A DNA stretch of 64,000 nucleotides, taken from positions 64,001 to 128,000 of the forward strand of contig CBDEFO010000004.1 in assembly GCA_965237525.1 (NCBI GenBank). Reading direction: 5' to 3'. Made by a program: the position numbers and the translations under genes. Positions within the stretch are counted from its first letter, which is position 1. Each line of letters begins with the position of its first letter. Shown here piece after piece: positions 53,288 to 64,000 of the stretch. The notes beneath the pieces are model-generated. The model searched no databases, was not told where the DNA came from, and was given only the letters and a program-made list of their open reading frames with translations. This DNA is from Candidatus Latescibacterota bacterium (GTDB lineage: Bacteria > Latescibacterota > CBDEFO01).

Positions 53288-54325
53288 TTAGTACCCTTCA
53301 AGGGGTAAGGATATGGTTTTCTTCTCATCGGCTGCGCGGAACACAGCCTCTGTGAGCTCCATGTACTTTAGTCCATCATAAAATGAGGGCCACACAGGCT
53401 CTCCATCTCTGATCGCGGCGATGAAATCGACCTCGACCTTTCTTAGCCCTTCTTCGGGGATGGGTATCTCCGAAAGCTCCTCCTGATCGGATTTTGCTCC
53501 GAATATCTGACAGTTGGAAAGATCATAGATCAAAGTCCCGTCAGACCCGTAGACCTCTACCTTCTCGGCAGGTCTCGACATCCCGCTGAAGTGGTATTCG
53601 ATCAAGGCTCCGTTTTCCATCTCGCCTACAACGGCCACGCTGTCGGGTCTATCGACCTTTCTCATCTGGCTTGAACCTTCAACCTTTCTGTGGGTTATGA
53701 AATGTTTTGCCACGGCGGCTACGCTCTTACAATGACCGAACCAACTGTGTATCTTCTCTGCGTACATGCCCACATCGAGCGTGTTTAAGCCTGATATCTC
53801 ATCCATCTGTCTCCAGTGGAGCGGCTTGTCCGGATCGGCGTACGCCGAATTCATCGACGTAACCACTATATTGTAGGGTTTTCCGACGAATCCCGCATCG
53901 ACTAACTCCCTCATCTTAGCGTCTCCCGCATTGTCCCCTGGGTCCGCTGGACAGAGCATCGTCACGCGGTCTGATTCTAACGATCTTTTGTACATCCGCA
54001 ACGCTTCTTCGACGTTCATGGCCATTCTGGCCTGACAGAAGACGTGCTTGTTCGCGTCTAATGCTGCTATTGTAGCCTCGCAGTGCAGATAGGGCGGAGT
54101 TGCAATTATCACGGCGTCCAGATCGTCCATCGCGATAATGTCTCTCCAATCTGTCACCGCCCTTGAGATGTTCAGCTCCCGGGCCGTTGTCTCAACTTTT
54201 TCCTTTGTCCTGTTGCAGACGGCGACGACCTCCACGCCCTCAATTTGCTTTAAGGCGGGAAAATGTCTTCCCTTGAATATGCCTCCAGCTCCGATAACTC
54301 CTATCTTGATAGTGTTCTGATTCAT
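53288..54325 (-). CDS. Gfo/Idh/MocA-family oxidoreductase
   Basis: IGVIGAG, IIATPPYLH and KHVFCQARMA motifs. Confidence 0.9.
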   Translation of the reverse strand: MNQNTIKIGVIGAGGIFKGRHFPALKQIEGVEVVAVCNRTKEKVETTARELNISRAVTDWRDIIAMDDLDAVIIATPPYLHCEATIAALDANKHVFCQARMAMNVEEALRMYKRSLESDRVTMLCPADPGDNAGDAKMRELVDAGFVGKPYNIVVTSMNSAYADPDKPLHWRQMDEISGLNTLDVGMYAEKIHSWFGHCKSVAAVAKHFITHRKVEGSSQMRKVDRPDSVAVVGEMENGALIEYHFSGMSRPAEKVEVYGSDGTLIYDLSNCQIFGAKSDQEELSEIPIPEEGLRKVEVDFIAAIRDGEPVWPSFYDGLKYMELTEAVFRAADEKKTISLPLEGY

Positions 54326-54398
54326 ATTTCTCCCTGTGATCTATGAGAGCACTTAAAGCCTTCGTAAGACTATCTCGTTTTGTTGCAGAGACGCTCAT

Positions 54399-54469
54399 AT
54401 AGGGGCGAACCCATGTGTTCGCCAATTTACCTAAATTTTTCCGGGCAGACACACGAGTCTGCCCCTACA
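54399..54469. repeat. Paired GTAG-type REP hairpins
   Basis: ATAGGGGCGAACCCATGTGTTCGCC ... GGGCAGACACACGAGTCTGCCCCTAC in inverted arrangement. Confidence 0.7.
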
Positions 54470-54505
54470 GATCTGTCTGTACGTTGCCCAATTCTAAAAG
54501 GACCG

Positions 54506-55438
54506 TCAGCCGTTTTGCATGTCACCTACGAGTTTCTTGAATTCTTCGCGCAGTTGGGGCGTAATCACCTCATCTCGAGACGGAAGGCGAGAACGGCCGG
54601 ATTTAAGCCCTGCGGCTTCCATCGCCGGACGTACAAAGACCCCTTCACCACCGGTTTGGGCTGCGAACTGGCCTCTAAGCTTTTTCCATGGGATCTCGAA
54701 ACGATCGAGTTCTGCCTGTGCTTCTTCGTACTTGCTTTCCTTGAGATAGTCTATCACGCGCCAGTAGGGTTCGGGACAGAAGTTAGGAGTGTGGCTTATG
54801 TAGGTCCGAACGCCAAGGATACAGGACATCACTGGCAACCCCGCGTTATCCACCACTGCAGCTTTCGGCAGGAAGCGGCGTACTCCCTCCATATACGTGA
54901 AGTAATCAGGCGAACTCCACTTGACGGCGATGCTGTTTTCTATGTCCAATATCTCGTCGATCAGGTCCATCGGCATGTCGTAGCCGGTGTACCAGTTGTT
55001 GTAAACCGCGAAGCCTATATCCGTGTCCTTGGCCACTTCCTGCATCCAGGCCATAGAGTCGCCGGGACGCCCGTCATAGTAGTACGGGCCGGCGAGCTGG
55101 ACGCAGTCGTACCGATATTCCTCGCAGAAATTGCAGAGCTCGATGCAGACCCTGATATCGGTGCTTTGTGTTCCGGCGACCATCGGAACCCTGCCATCTG
55201 CCACCTCAGCGACCGTCCTGATAACCTCTTTGCGCTCCTCTGTACTCATGCCAGTGAAATCGCCGCCGCTGCCGCCGGCCAGGAAGATCGTGTTTCCCAT
55301 GCGGGCTCCCTTGTCTATCAGCCACTGGACGTTGCTCTCCATGGCGGGAAGATCCAGAGAGAGATCCTCCTTGAACACCGTGACGAGAGGTACCAACACT
55401 CCCTGCCAACGCTCTTTCATCTCTTCTACTGTAAGCAT
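54506..55438 (-). CDS. Dihydrodipicolinate synthase (DapA)-family aldolase/lyase
   Basis: GGSGGDF..MSTEERK, AVYNN and AVKWS motifs, GGAG RBS before MLTVEE. Confidence 0.88.
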   Translation of the reverse strand: MLTVEEMKERWQGVLVPLVTVFKEDLSLDLPAMESNVQWLIDKGARMGNTIFLAGGSGGDFTGMSTEERKEVIRTVAEVADGRVPMVAGTQSTDIRVCIELCNFCEEYRYDCVQLAGPYYYDGRPGDSMAWMQEVAKDTDIGFAVYNNWYTGYDMPMDLIDEILDIENSIAVKWSSPDYFTYMEGVRRFLPKAAVVDNAGLPVMSCILGVRTYISHTPNFCPEPYWRVIDYLKESKYEEAQAELDRFEIPWKKLRGQFAAQTGGEGVFVRPAMEAAGLKSGRSRLPSRDEVITPQLREEFKKLVGDMQNG

Positions 55439-55539
55439 ATTTTCTCCTTGTCTGTTGTCGTAGGTGCTTTGTGCGCACCGCCCCAATATGCTGATAGCTG
55501 AAAAACTCCCTGGGGTCATCACGTACCCCAGATTCCCCC

Positions 55540-56202
55540 CTAGGCTCCCAAGTTTTGGTGGGTCAATATCCTCAGGCGGTCGGCCTGAGTGAGGTACCCC
55601 TCTATATTACTGAGAAACTCAGCAAACGTCTCCTCGATGGATGCTGTGGTGGTTTCCAGCGCAAACTGTCTTCGGATCAATGAGGCCGCGAAGAGTTCCT
55701 CAAAGCGCTTAAGGACTAACTCGATGTCCTTCTCTTGAAGGACTGATCTGTGGTCCGGATCCGCGGCCATACGTTCCCTGATCACCTCCGGAGACGCCCT
55801 CAAAAGCACGAGCACCGTGTCGTCAGCGACCTGCATGACCTTGTGGTCCAAGGCTTTAGCCATCGTGACCCGATCGGCGTACTCGCCGGGCCCGCCGTAC
55901 CCGTAGTAAAGCGGAGCGTAGACCGCTTCAGAGTAATAAAACCCGATCAAGCAATGATCGTTGTCGCTGTAGAAACCTGTACCGAAATGGTAGTCGATCA
56001 TGTAGCGCTGATACTTCTCTTTGAGCGATGGCACCAGAGCCAACAGCTGCTGCTGCTCCTCTTTGCTGGCTTCCTCATCGGGAAAGACGAAGTGGTCGTG
56101 AAAGGGGATGGTTCCTCCAAGCGTCTCCTGACCCCACACCCTGATTTGCGCCGCCAAAGTGCTTTTTCCCGCATACTCACATCCGATTATGATCAGTCTC
56201 AT
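55540..56202 (-). CDS. P-loop NMP kinase-like protein
   Basis: IIIGCEYAGKSTLA, LLRASPEVIRERM. Confidence 0.7.
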   Translation of the reverse strand: MRLIIIGCEYAGKSTLAAQIRVWGQETLGGTIPFHDHFVFPDEEASKEEQQQLLALVPSLKEKYQRYMIDYHFGTGFYSDNDHCLIGFYYSEAVYAPLYYGYGGPGEYADRVTMAKALDHKVMQVADDTVLVLLRASPEVIRERMAADPDHRSVLQEKDIELVLKRFEELFAASLIRRQFALETTTASIEETFAEFLSNIEGYLTQADRLRILTHQNLGA

Positions 56203-56322
56203 ACGGAGCTCTCCTCTCTACTGGTTGGTACTGTCAAATCTGTCCGCACAGATCGCGTTTAACGTTTGAACGTTCATGCATCTTCTGCGGTTTTGGTTTT
56301 CGTTTGGACAATGCCCTAAGCT

Positions 56323-57249
56323 TTAGGGAACAGGCCAGCCGAACCCTATCAGAATTTGGCGGAGTCTTGCCACCTCGTCGTCGCTCAGCGGCATGGAGGG
56401 CGGACGGGGGTCGCCCATCGGATGCCCCATAACCTTCATCAGCGCCTTCTTCATCCGGGACTGCCCACCTGAACTGGTACACGACGCAGAGAAATCTATT
56501 AAGGGGGTGTTCACCTTGTCAAACAGGGCGCCCGCCTCATCGTACTGCTTTGACTCCAAGAGTTCCCATATCTTCTGATCGTGGGGAGGGTAGACCTCAG
56601 CCGTCCGATTGATGTAGCCGCGGCCTCCCATCTTATGGTTGTCCACCGGCCGACTGCTGTTGCAGATTACGTTATAGTGGTCAGAGAACTTCGCCATGTC
56701 CTCGTATTTCATTGTCTCCGGCACCTCCCACTTCACTGCGACCAAGTTCTCAATGTCCTTCATGCGCAAAACCGTCTCGGTCGTGATGCTCTCACAGCCG
56801 TACCAGAAGGTGTTGTAGAGCATAACGCCGATGTCCACAGCATCGGAGATAGCCGCGAAGTAGCGGTACAAATCGTCCTGCGTCGGATGATTAAATACCG
56901 GGAGCGGAATCTGCAATCCTACTGCTCCCATATCCTGCGCCCGCTTGGCATCTTCTATTGACCGCACGGTGTCCTTGTGCTGGATGCCGCAGAGGACAGA
57001 TGCCTTGCCGTTGGCCGCGTTGACGACGGTTCTCAGCAGGTACGGCCACTCATCGTCACGAAGCGACGGACCCTCGCCCATCGCAGCCACCACTTTGATA
57101 GGCACCTTGCCTGCTACAAGGCCCTGCTCAACCCACCACTGGGTCATCTCGCACATCAGACCGTAGTCGATCTCGTACTGATCGTCGAAGGGGGTCGGAA
57201 CGGTTGCCATGGGGCCCTGCAGGTGGAATTTCATTTCCTCCCGCGTCAT
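56323..57249 (-). CDS. DapA-family aldolase/lyase, paralog 1
   Basis: TPFD, AAMGEG, MLYNT and AVKW motifs. Confidence 0.88.
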   Translation of the reverse strand: MTREEMKFHLQGPMATVPTPFDDQYEIDYGLMCEMTQWWVEQGLVAGKVPIKVVAAMGEGPSLRDDEWPYLLRTVVNAANGKASVLCGIQHKDTVRSIEDAKRAQDMGAVGLQIPLPVFNHPTQDDLYRYFAAISDAVDIGVMLYNTFWYGCESITTETVLRMKDIENLVAVKWEVPETMKYEDMAKFSDHYNVICNSSRPVDNHKMGGRGYINRTAEVYPPHDQKIWELLESKQYDEAGALFDKVNTPLIDFSASCTSSGGQSRMKKALMKVMGHPMGDPRPPSMPLSDDEVARLRQILIGFGWPVP

Positions 57250-57478
57250 GAGTCTCTCCTCCTTTTCATATTTGAAAACGTTGAAAACTGGACTCCTATT
57301 TCAGACATGCCATCTTCCTAAATCCCTAAAGCCTATCCACAACAAACAGGATATCAAAAAGATTGACTATGCCACCAGCACCTCCTCTCTACCGGCTTTG
57401 CACTGGCAAATCTCACAGCCGGGATCGCTTTTGTGAGTGCTCTACGGTTTTATTTTTCTCTGGACAATGTCCTTTGCT

Positions 57479-58405
57479 TCAGGGAACAGGCCAGCCGAAC
57501 CCTATCAAAATTTGGCGGAGTCTTGCCACCTCGTCGTCGCTCAGCGGCATCGAGGGCGGTCGCGGATCACCCATCGGACGCCCCATAACCTTCGTCAGCG
57601 CCTTCTTCATCCGGGACTGTCCGCCTGAACTGGTGCAGGTGTTAGCGAAGTCTTCCAAGGCAGATTTCACCCTCTGATACATCGCACCCGCCTCATCGTA
57701 CTGCTTCGCCTCCAATAGTTCCCAGATCTTCAGATCGTGCGGAGGATAGATCTCAGACGTCCAATTGATGTAGCCGCGGCCTCCCAGCTTATGGTTGTCC
57801 ACCGGCCGGCTGCTGTTGCAGATTACGTTATAGTGGTCGGAGAACTTCGCCATGTCCTCATATACCATCGGCTCCGGCACCGTCCACTTCACTGCGACCA
57901 AGTTCTCAATGTCCTTCATGCGCAAAACCGTCTCGGTCGTGATGCTCTCACAGCCGTACCACCAGGTATTGTAGAGCATAATGCCGATGTCCACAGCATC
58001 GGAGATAGCCGCGAAGTAGCGGTACAAATCGTCCTGCGTCGGATGATTAAATACCGGGAGCGGAATCTGCAATCCTACTGCTCCCATATCCTGTGCCCGC
58101 TTGGCATCTTCTATTGACCGCACGGTGTCCTTGTGCTGGATGCCGCAGAGGACAGACGCCTTACCGTTGGCCGCGTTGACGACGGTTCTCAGCAAGTACG
58201 GCCACTCATCGTCACGAAGCGACGGACCCTCGCCCATCGCAGCCACCACTTTGATAGGCACCTTGCCCGCTACCAGGCCCTGCTCAACCCACCACTGGGT
58301 CATCTCGTACATCAGACCGTAGTCGATCTCGTACTGATCGTCGAAGGGGGTCGGAACGGTTGCCATGGGCCCCTGTAGGTGGAATTTCATTTCCTCTCGC
58401 GTCAT
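57479..58405 (-). CDS. DapA-family aldolase/lyase, paralog 2
   Basis: Tandem duplicate of 56323-57249. Confidence 0.88.
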   Translation of the reverse strand: MTREEMKFHLQGPMATVPTPFDDQYEIDYGLMYEMTQWWVEQGLVAGKVPIKVVAAMGEGPSLRDDEWPYLLRTVVNAANGKASVLCGIQHKDTVRSIEDAKRAQDMGAVGLQIPLPVFNHPTQDDLYRYFAAISDAVDIGIMLYNTWWYGCESITTETVLRMKDIENLVAVKWTVPEPMVYEDMAKFSDHYNVICNSSRPVDNHKLGGRGYINWTSEIYPPHDLKIWELLEAKQYDEAGAMYQRVKSALEDFANTCTSSGGQSRMKKALTKVMGRPMGDPRPPSMPLSDDEVARLRQILIGFGWPVP

Positions 58406-58481
58406 GAGTATCTCCTCCTTATCATATTTGAAAACGTTGAAAACTGGACTCCTATTTCAGGCATGCCATCTCCCTAAATCC

Positions 58482-61400
58482 CTAGAGTCTATCCACAACA
58501 AACAGGATATCAAAAAGATTAACTATTCCATCAGACCCTCCTCCTCTTCCGTCTACTGCATCCATAAGGAACCTTGTTACTTTATCCACTCCTGATATCA
58601 CATCCGACACGCCAGACTCAGAAATCCTGCTAAGAACCACATCCACTACAAAGTCCAAATCCTCCGTGCCAATCTCGCCGTCTGGTACTCCCCTACCGGG
58701 AGGAAACTTTGACACATCCCCCATAATCCCCGTCACAGTCCGTATCATAAATCCTCCATCACCTGTTATTCCCTCAAAATCAGAACCCCGTCTCCAGCGC
58801 GTCACTCCTCCAATTTCATCGAACGTCCAACTCTTGCGCGGGTCAAGAGCGATATTTACTCCTATCGAAGGACCCACAGCAGAAGATAACTCCATAGCTA
58901 TGAACAGAGTCTGTCCCTGAGTGATTCCTAAACTAACTCTACCATCTTCAAACCTTGTGAATCCTTCCGATCCAAGCTGACTGAGACCTCCAGCAGGATC
59001 TATCACCTTACTTGTCAACGCCACGCCCGGCTCACTGCCGCTGACGTCAAAGACCCTGGCAACAAAAGGATTAAGCACACCAGTAACGTTATAACTCACA
59101 GCTAAAAGACTATCCCTCAACGTCCCTCCTGTGTTGGTCTTAACCGTATCTGTCAGGATCTCAGTCGCTGCTCTGTCCCCCACAGCGTCAAAGGAGACAG
59201 TATCGGTTACCGCATCAATAGAAACAAAAGCAAATCCGTTAGCGAGCGTGTCTGCCTGAACGTCTTGATTTCTGACTATCACGTCCACAGTGCCAGCAGA
59301 ATGAGCGGGAGTCACAGCAGTAATAATCGTATCTGACACTATGACTACATCTGTAGCTGAACTATCGCCAAAAGCAACAGTCGCTCCGCTCTGAAAACTG
59401 CTCCCTGCTATCGTCACAGGGGTACCTCCCAATTCCGTGCCAGAAGTAGGATCAATAGATTTCACAACTGGAGGAGCAATAAAAGTAAATGTATTCTCAA
59501 GTGTATCCGCCTGAGTGTCGGGATTTGTGACTTTAAGATCTACTGTACCGACAAGATGAGCGGGAGTCACAGCGGTAATAATGGTATCTGACACTACGAC
59601 TACATCTGTGGCTGAGCTATCGCCAAAGACAACAGTCGATCCGCTCTGAAAACTGCTTCCTGCTATCGTCACGGTCGTACCTCCCAATTCTGTACCAGAA
59701 GTCGGATCAATAGATGTAACAACTGGAGGAGCAACAAAAGTAAATGCGTCAGAGAGCGTGTCTGAAAGACCACTGAGGTTTGTGACGATCACATCTACAG
59801 TACTGGCAGAATGAGTGGGAGTCACTGCGGTAATAAGGGTATCCCCTACCACCACTACCTCTGTAGCTGAACTATCGCCAAAAGCAACAGTCGCTCCACT
59901 CTGGAAATTGTTCCCTGCAATGGTCACAGGCGTACCTCCCAATTCCGTGCCAGAAGTCGGATCAATAGATGTCACAGTAGGTTGAGGAAAAAAAGTATAC
60001 CCTTTCTCAAGTGTGTCTGCCTGACTGTCTGGATTTGTGGCTATTACATCTACGGTGCCAGCAGGATGAGCGGGAGTCACAGCAGTAATAATCGTATCTG
60101 ACACTATGACTACATCTGTAGCTGAACTATCGCCAAGTGTGTCTGCCTGACTGTCTGGATTTGTGGCTATTACATCTACGGTGCCAGCAGGATGAGCGGG
60201 AGTCACAGCAGTAATAATCGTATCTGACACTATGACTACATCTGTAGCTGAACTATCGCCAAAAGCAACAATCACTCCGCTCTGAAAACTGCTCCCTGCT
60301 ATCGTCACAGGGGTACCTCCCAATTCCGTGCCAGAAGTAGGATCAATAGATGTCGCAACTGGAGGAGCAATAAAAGTAAATCCATCAGAGAGCGTGTCTG
60401 CAAGACCACTGAGGTTTGTGACTATCTACATCTACTATACCAGCAGGATGAGTGGGAGTCACAGCAGTAATAACGGAATCCGACACTATGACTATGTCGG
60501 TAGCTGAGCCATCTCCGAAAGTAACAGTCGCTCCACTCTGGAAATTGCTGCCTTTTATCGTCAAAGTCGTACCTCCGAATTCTGTGCCCGAAGTAGGATC
60601 AATAGATGTCACGGCAGGAGGAGTAATAAAAGTGAATCCGTTAGAGAGGGTGTCTGAAAGACCATCTAGATTTGTAATTATCACATCTACGGTACTGGCA
60701 GGATAAGAAGGTGTTGTGGCAGTAATGCTATCCAAAGACGCTACAACTATATTTGTAGCTGTGCTATCTCCAAAAGTAACAGTCACTCCACTTAGGAAAC
60801 TGCTCCCTACTATCGTTACAGGCGTACCTCCCAATTCTGTGCCGGAAACGGGATCGATGGATGTCACAACGGGAGGAGTGGTATTCAAAAAGACTGATAC
60901 ATTATCGTTGAACACATTACTCACAGTTAGGTCATTATCGCCATCTCCATCTAAATCCGCAACGAAGACCGACCAGGTCTGAACTCCAGCGGCGTAGTCA
61001 GTCTTGGGTCCAAATGTACCATCTCCATTATTTGACAGTACTGATACACTACTGCTGGACTCATTTGCTACAACCAGGTCACTATCTCCATCACCATCTA
61101 AATCCGCACTGAATACTGAATGGGGACTACTCCCGGTGGCATAGTCCACTTTAGGCGCAAATGTCCCATTTCCACTATTCAATAAGACTGATACAGTATT
61201 ATCGCTCTTATTACCCAAAATTAGGTCATTGTCGCCGTCCCCATCCAGATCTGCACCGAACAGTGAAAGTGGACTGCTGCCGGTGGCATAGTCCACTTTA
61301 GGCGCAAATGTCCCATTTCCACTATTCAACAACACTGACACACTGTTGACGAACTGATTAGCCACGGCCAGGTCATTATCGCCATCACCATCTAAATCCA

Positions 61401-61974
61401 CACCGAATACTGCATTCGGACCAGCCCCGGCGGAATAGTCCACTTTAGGTAGAAATGTCCCATTCCCACTATTCAATAACACTGATACAGTGTTGCTGTT
61501 CTTATTGACCACGGCTAGGTCATTATCGCCATCACCATCTAAATCTGCACTGAATACTGAATGGGGCTGATCGCCAGCGGCATAGTCCACCTTAAGACCG
61601 AATGTCCCGTCTCCATTATTTAATAAGACTGATACACTATCGCTGGCGATATTGGCCACAGCTAAGTCATTCTGAAGATCTCCATCTAAATCTGCAATGA
61701 ATACTGAAAAGGGCTGATCCCCAGCGGCATAGTCCACCTTAGGTGCAAATGTCCCATTCCCGTTATTCAATAACACTGACACATTATCACTGTTCCCATT
61801 AGCCACAGCCAGGTCGTTATCTCCATCCCCGTCTAAATCTGCACTGAACACCGAAAAGGGCTGATCCCCAGCCGTATAATCAGTCTTGGGTGCGAAAAGA
61901 GCCTGCGCATAGGCAGGCGTATTCAAAGTGACCAGCAGTACCAAAGCGGTGTAGAAAGTTGTCCCTCTAATCAT
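58482..61974 (-). pseudogene. Large secreted FG-GAP + IPT/TIG repeat protein with dockerin-like C-terminus, frameshift near 60420
   Basis: Signal peptide, six ADLDGDGDNDL repeats, multiple P.VTSIDPTSGTELGGT.VTI.G units, terminal DG.VNLFDI. Split over two ORFs. Confidence 0.85.
60008..60259. repeat. Perfect 126-bp tandem duplication inside the IPT/TIG array
   Basis: CAAGTGTGTCTGCC... starts at both 60008 and 60134. Confidence 0.85.
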
Positions 61975-62151
61975 ATCTTTCCCTCCTCCCTCAGCGTTGG
62001 TCCGTACTCCACAAGTTCGGCTTTCTATGGTGGAGTTCTAGTGGTGTTATGTGATAGGGCAAATGCAACCTGCCCGAAAAGATGGACATTTTTCAACGCC
62101 ATAGGTGTTATGTTGACCGCATCATTGCTGAAAACACAGCGGTAGAGTGGC

Positions 62152-62560
62152 TCACTCGGGTGCTCTCCAGAACCAGCTGAAGTGCCTTTCATTGCGCGAT
62201 GCGTTCAGAATGACCACGCCCCTGTCGTGCGCCACAGCCTGTGAGAAGACACTATTCTTAGGCTCTCTCATAGCGCAGTTGTACCAGCACAGTAGGGTGT
62301 GGACGAGACCTGTGGCATCTGCTGTTCCACCTGAATCCTCTCGTGGCCTGTGACTCCCATCAAGCGTATAAGTCACTCCTTCTTCTCCTTATAGAATGTC
62401 TCTATCGCGCCTTTTTCGCCTAAGGCCTGCTCGCGCTCAAATCGGATGTCGAGACAGTGCATCTGGCAGAGGTCTATGCAGTCCGTACCGAGCAGTGTAA
62501 GGGATATCTCAAAGTCTTGGCGCGCTCCTTTGGCATCGCGTTTCCCGCCTTGGTAGCCAG
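62152..62560 (-). pseudogene. Aldo/keto reductase remnant
   Basis: ATK...RDAKGARQDFEISLTLLGTDCIDLCQMH, fragmented over frames. Confidence 0.6.
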
Positions 62561-62903
62561 GTTGATGGCCGATGCAGAAGCAACTGAAGGGACAAATCCA
62601 AACATCCAAAAGCCCAGAAGCAACACGCTAATCAGAATTTCTTTAAAGTAATCTCTTCTCATAGTTTAATTTTGGGATGAATGAAAAGGGATTACTCTCA
62701 AAGGATCATAAGCTAAGGTAAAACGAAATAGATGTCAAGGAGAATCCTATCGGGTTTTGACCCCTTACTAATGACTAAGGTCGAGCCATAGGAATGCAAT
62801 AGCGAGCGACACCGACCCTGTCAGGACTTGCGACTCCCAAGGAGACGCGGAGTGAAACTAGAATAATTCTCATTTAGACAACTTCCTACCCCTGTACTTT
62901 TAG

Positions 62904-63167
62904 CCCTAATAGTTAACAAGAAAAGGAAGTTCATTAACTAAGGGGTTGCATTATATATAGTTATGCTGTATATTCCACAAATTCTTAAGATTAGCAAGGT
63001 ACTACGCATGAACAAAAAAGATAAGTAAGTTTCGCTCAAGTTAAGGACACTTCCTGTAAGAAACTGACTGCAGATTCTTTCGGTTGAGATGTAAAACCCC
63101 ACGCTGGAGTCCCTGCTTTGAGAGAAGTTGCAAAGAACATTGAGATCGTTAAAGATCTTGCAGGATT
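62904..63167 (+). mobile_element. Degenerate IS1380-family left end and transposase N-terminus
   Basis: TTAG followed by ~60 bp resembling the MITE left end, then ADSFG*DVKPHAGVPALREVAKNIEIVKDLAGL. Confidence 0.55.
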
Positions 63168-63753
63168 GAGTCCGTAACTTTCTGTAAATTTGGCTGAATC
63201 AAAAAAGGTCATCGCCTAACCGAGGGCAGGATGATATATTTAGGAAGCAAGTGGTATTTACATTCATCCTTTACCTTGGAGGGAACGATGACCTGCAGTA
63301 AAGATACTCTATCTTTGGAGAATAAGCAAGCTTCATTGTTGGTCCCCGATTGAATCTATCGGGCAGGAAGATTTCTTGAAACAAATCGTCAGCAGTTTTT
63401 GCCAGAATTTCTTGGAACGAGAGATCACAGCTTTTCTCAAAGCAGAACTCTATGCCAGAGTAGAAGATCGTAGAGGCTATCGCAATCGCTACAAGCCCCG
63501 AACCCTAAAGACTCGTGTGAGTCGTCTACAGTTAAATGTACCGCAGGATCGACTGGGACAGTTCCACACAGAGTTATTTAGTCGTTATCAACGCAATGAG
63601 AAGGCGTTGGTGTTAGCCTTGCAGGAGTCATATCTACAAGGAGTCTCTACCCGCAAGGTGGAAAAGGTCACCCAAAAGCTCTGCGGGACCAACTTCTTCA
63701 AGTCCTTAGTGTCAAAGTTGTGTGAGGACCTGGATGACCAGATCCCCGATTGA
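63168..63753 (+). mobile_element. IS256-family element remnant (transposase from 63288, disrupted and truncated)
   Basis: GYRNRYKPRTLKTRV..LQLNVPQDR.G.F.TELFSRYQR, YLQGVSTRKV. Palindromic elements at 63342-63363 and 63741-63767. Confidence 0.85.
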
Positions 63754-64000
63754 ATCTATCGGGGATCCATCTGTCTCCATCCGATATAGACAGACTCCAC
63801 TGGCAAGGCTCCCTTGGAAGATACAAAATGAAATGGTGGATGTCAATGAGGAACTGTGCAAGATAATCTCAGTTCAACTGTGCAGCGGATTGCCCAATCC
63901 GAAACCACTGCACATTTCGGCTCTTTTCTCTCATTGCACTTTCAAGCTCTGCTTTAGCTGTAATCCTTGATGGAAGTCCCTGAGCATAAACAAAGAACCT

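Noticed and set aside
54380..55501. 373 aa plus-strand ORF
   Set aside because: It is the antisense shadow of the DapA-family gene.

Overview
This is a 64 kb bacterial chromosomal segment. Its gene content (FG-GAP/IPT surface protein, DapA-family and Gfo/Idh/MocA expansions, sialidase) resembles uncultured sediment heterotrophs, but I cannot fix the taxon from the sequence. Intact housekeeping genes (moaA, thiDN, clpP, clpX-like, tgt, yajC, fmt, eno) are mixed with many pseudogenes and a dense, nested mobilome. The mobilome comprises an IS1595 element carrying passenger genes, two IS481-like elements each hit by the same IS1182 52 bp inside their left end, IS3, IS256 and IS1380 remnants, three copies of an IS1380-derived MITE, and at least nine copies of a ~21-25 bp palindrome that also inserts in frame into proteins (Fmt, a TPR lipoprotein). 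The most striking region is ~36.9-45.3 kb. It is an integron-like cassette array with six attC sites and no integrase in the window. A ~110-150 bp promoter + attI-like module occurs three times within it, and its cargo is largely carbohydrate-catabolic enzymes. All assignments come from reading the sequence and recognising motifs; no database searches were run.
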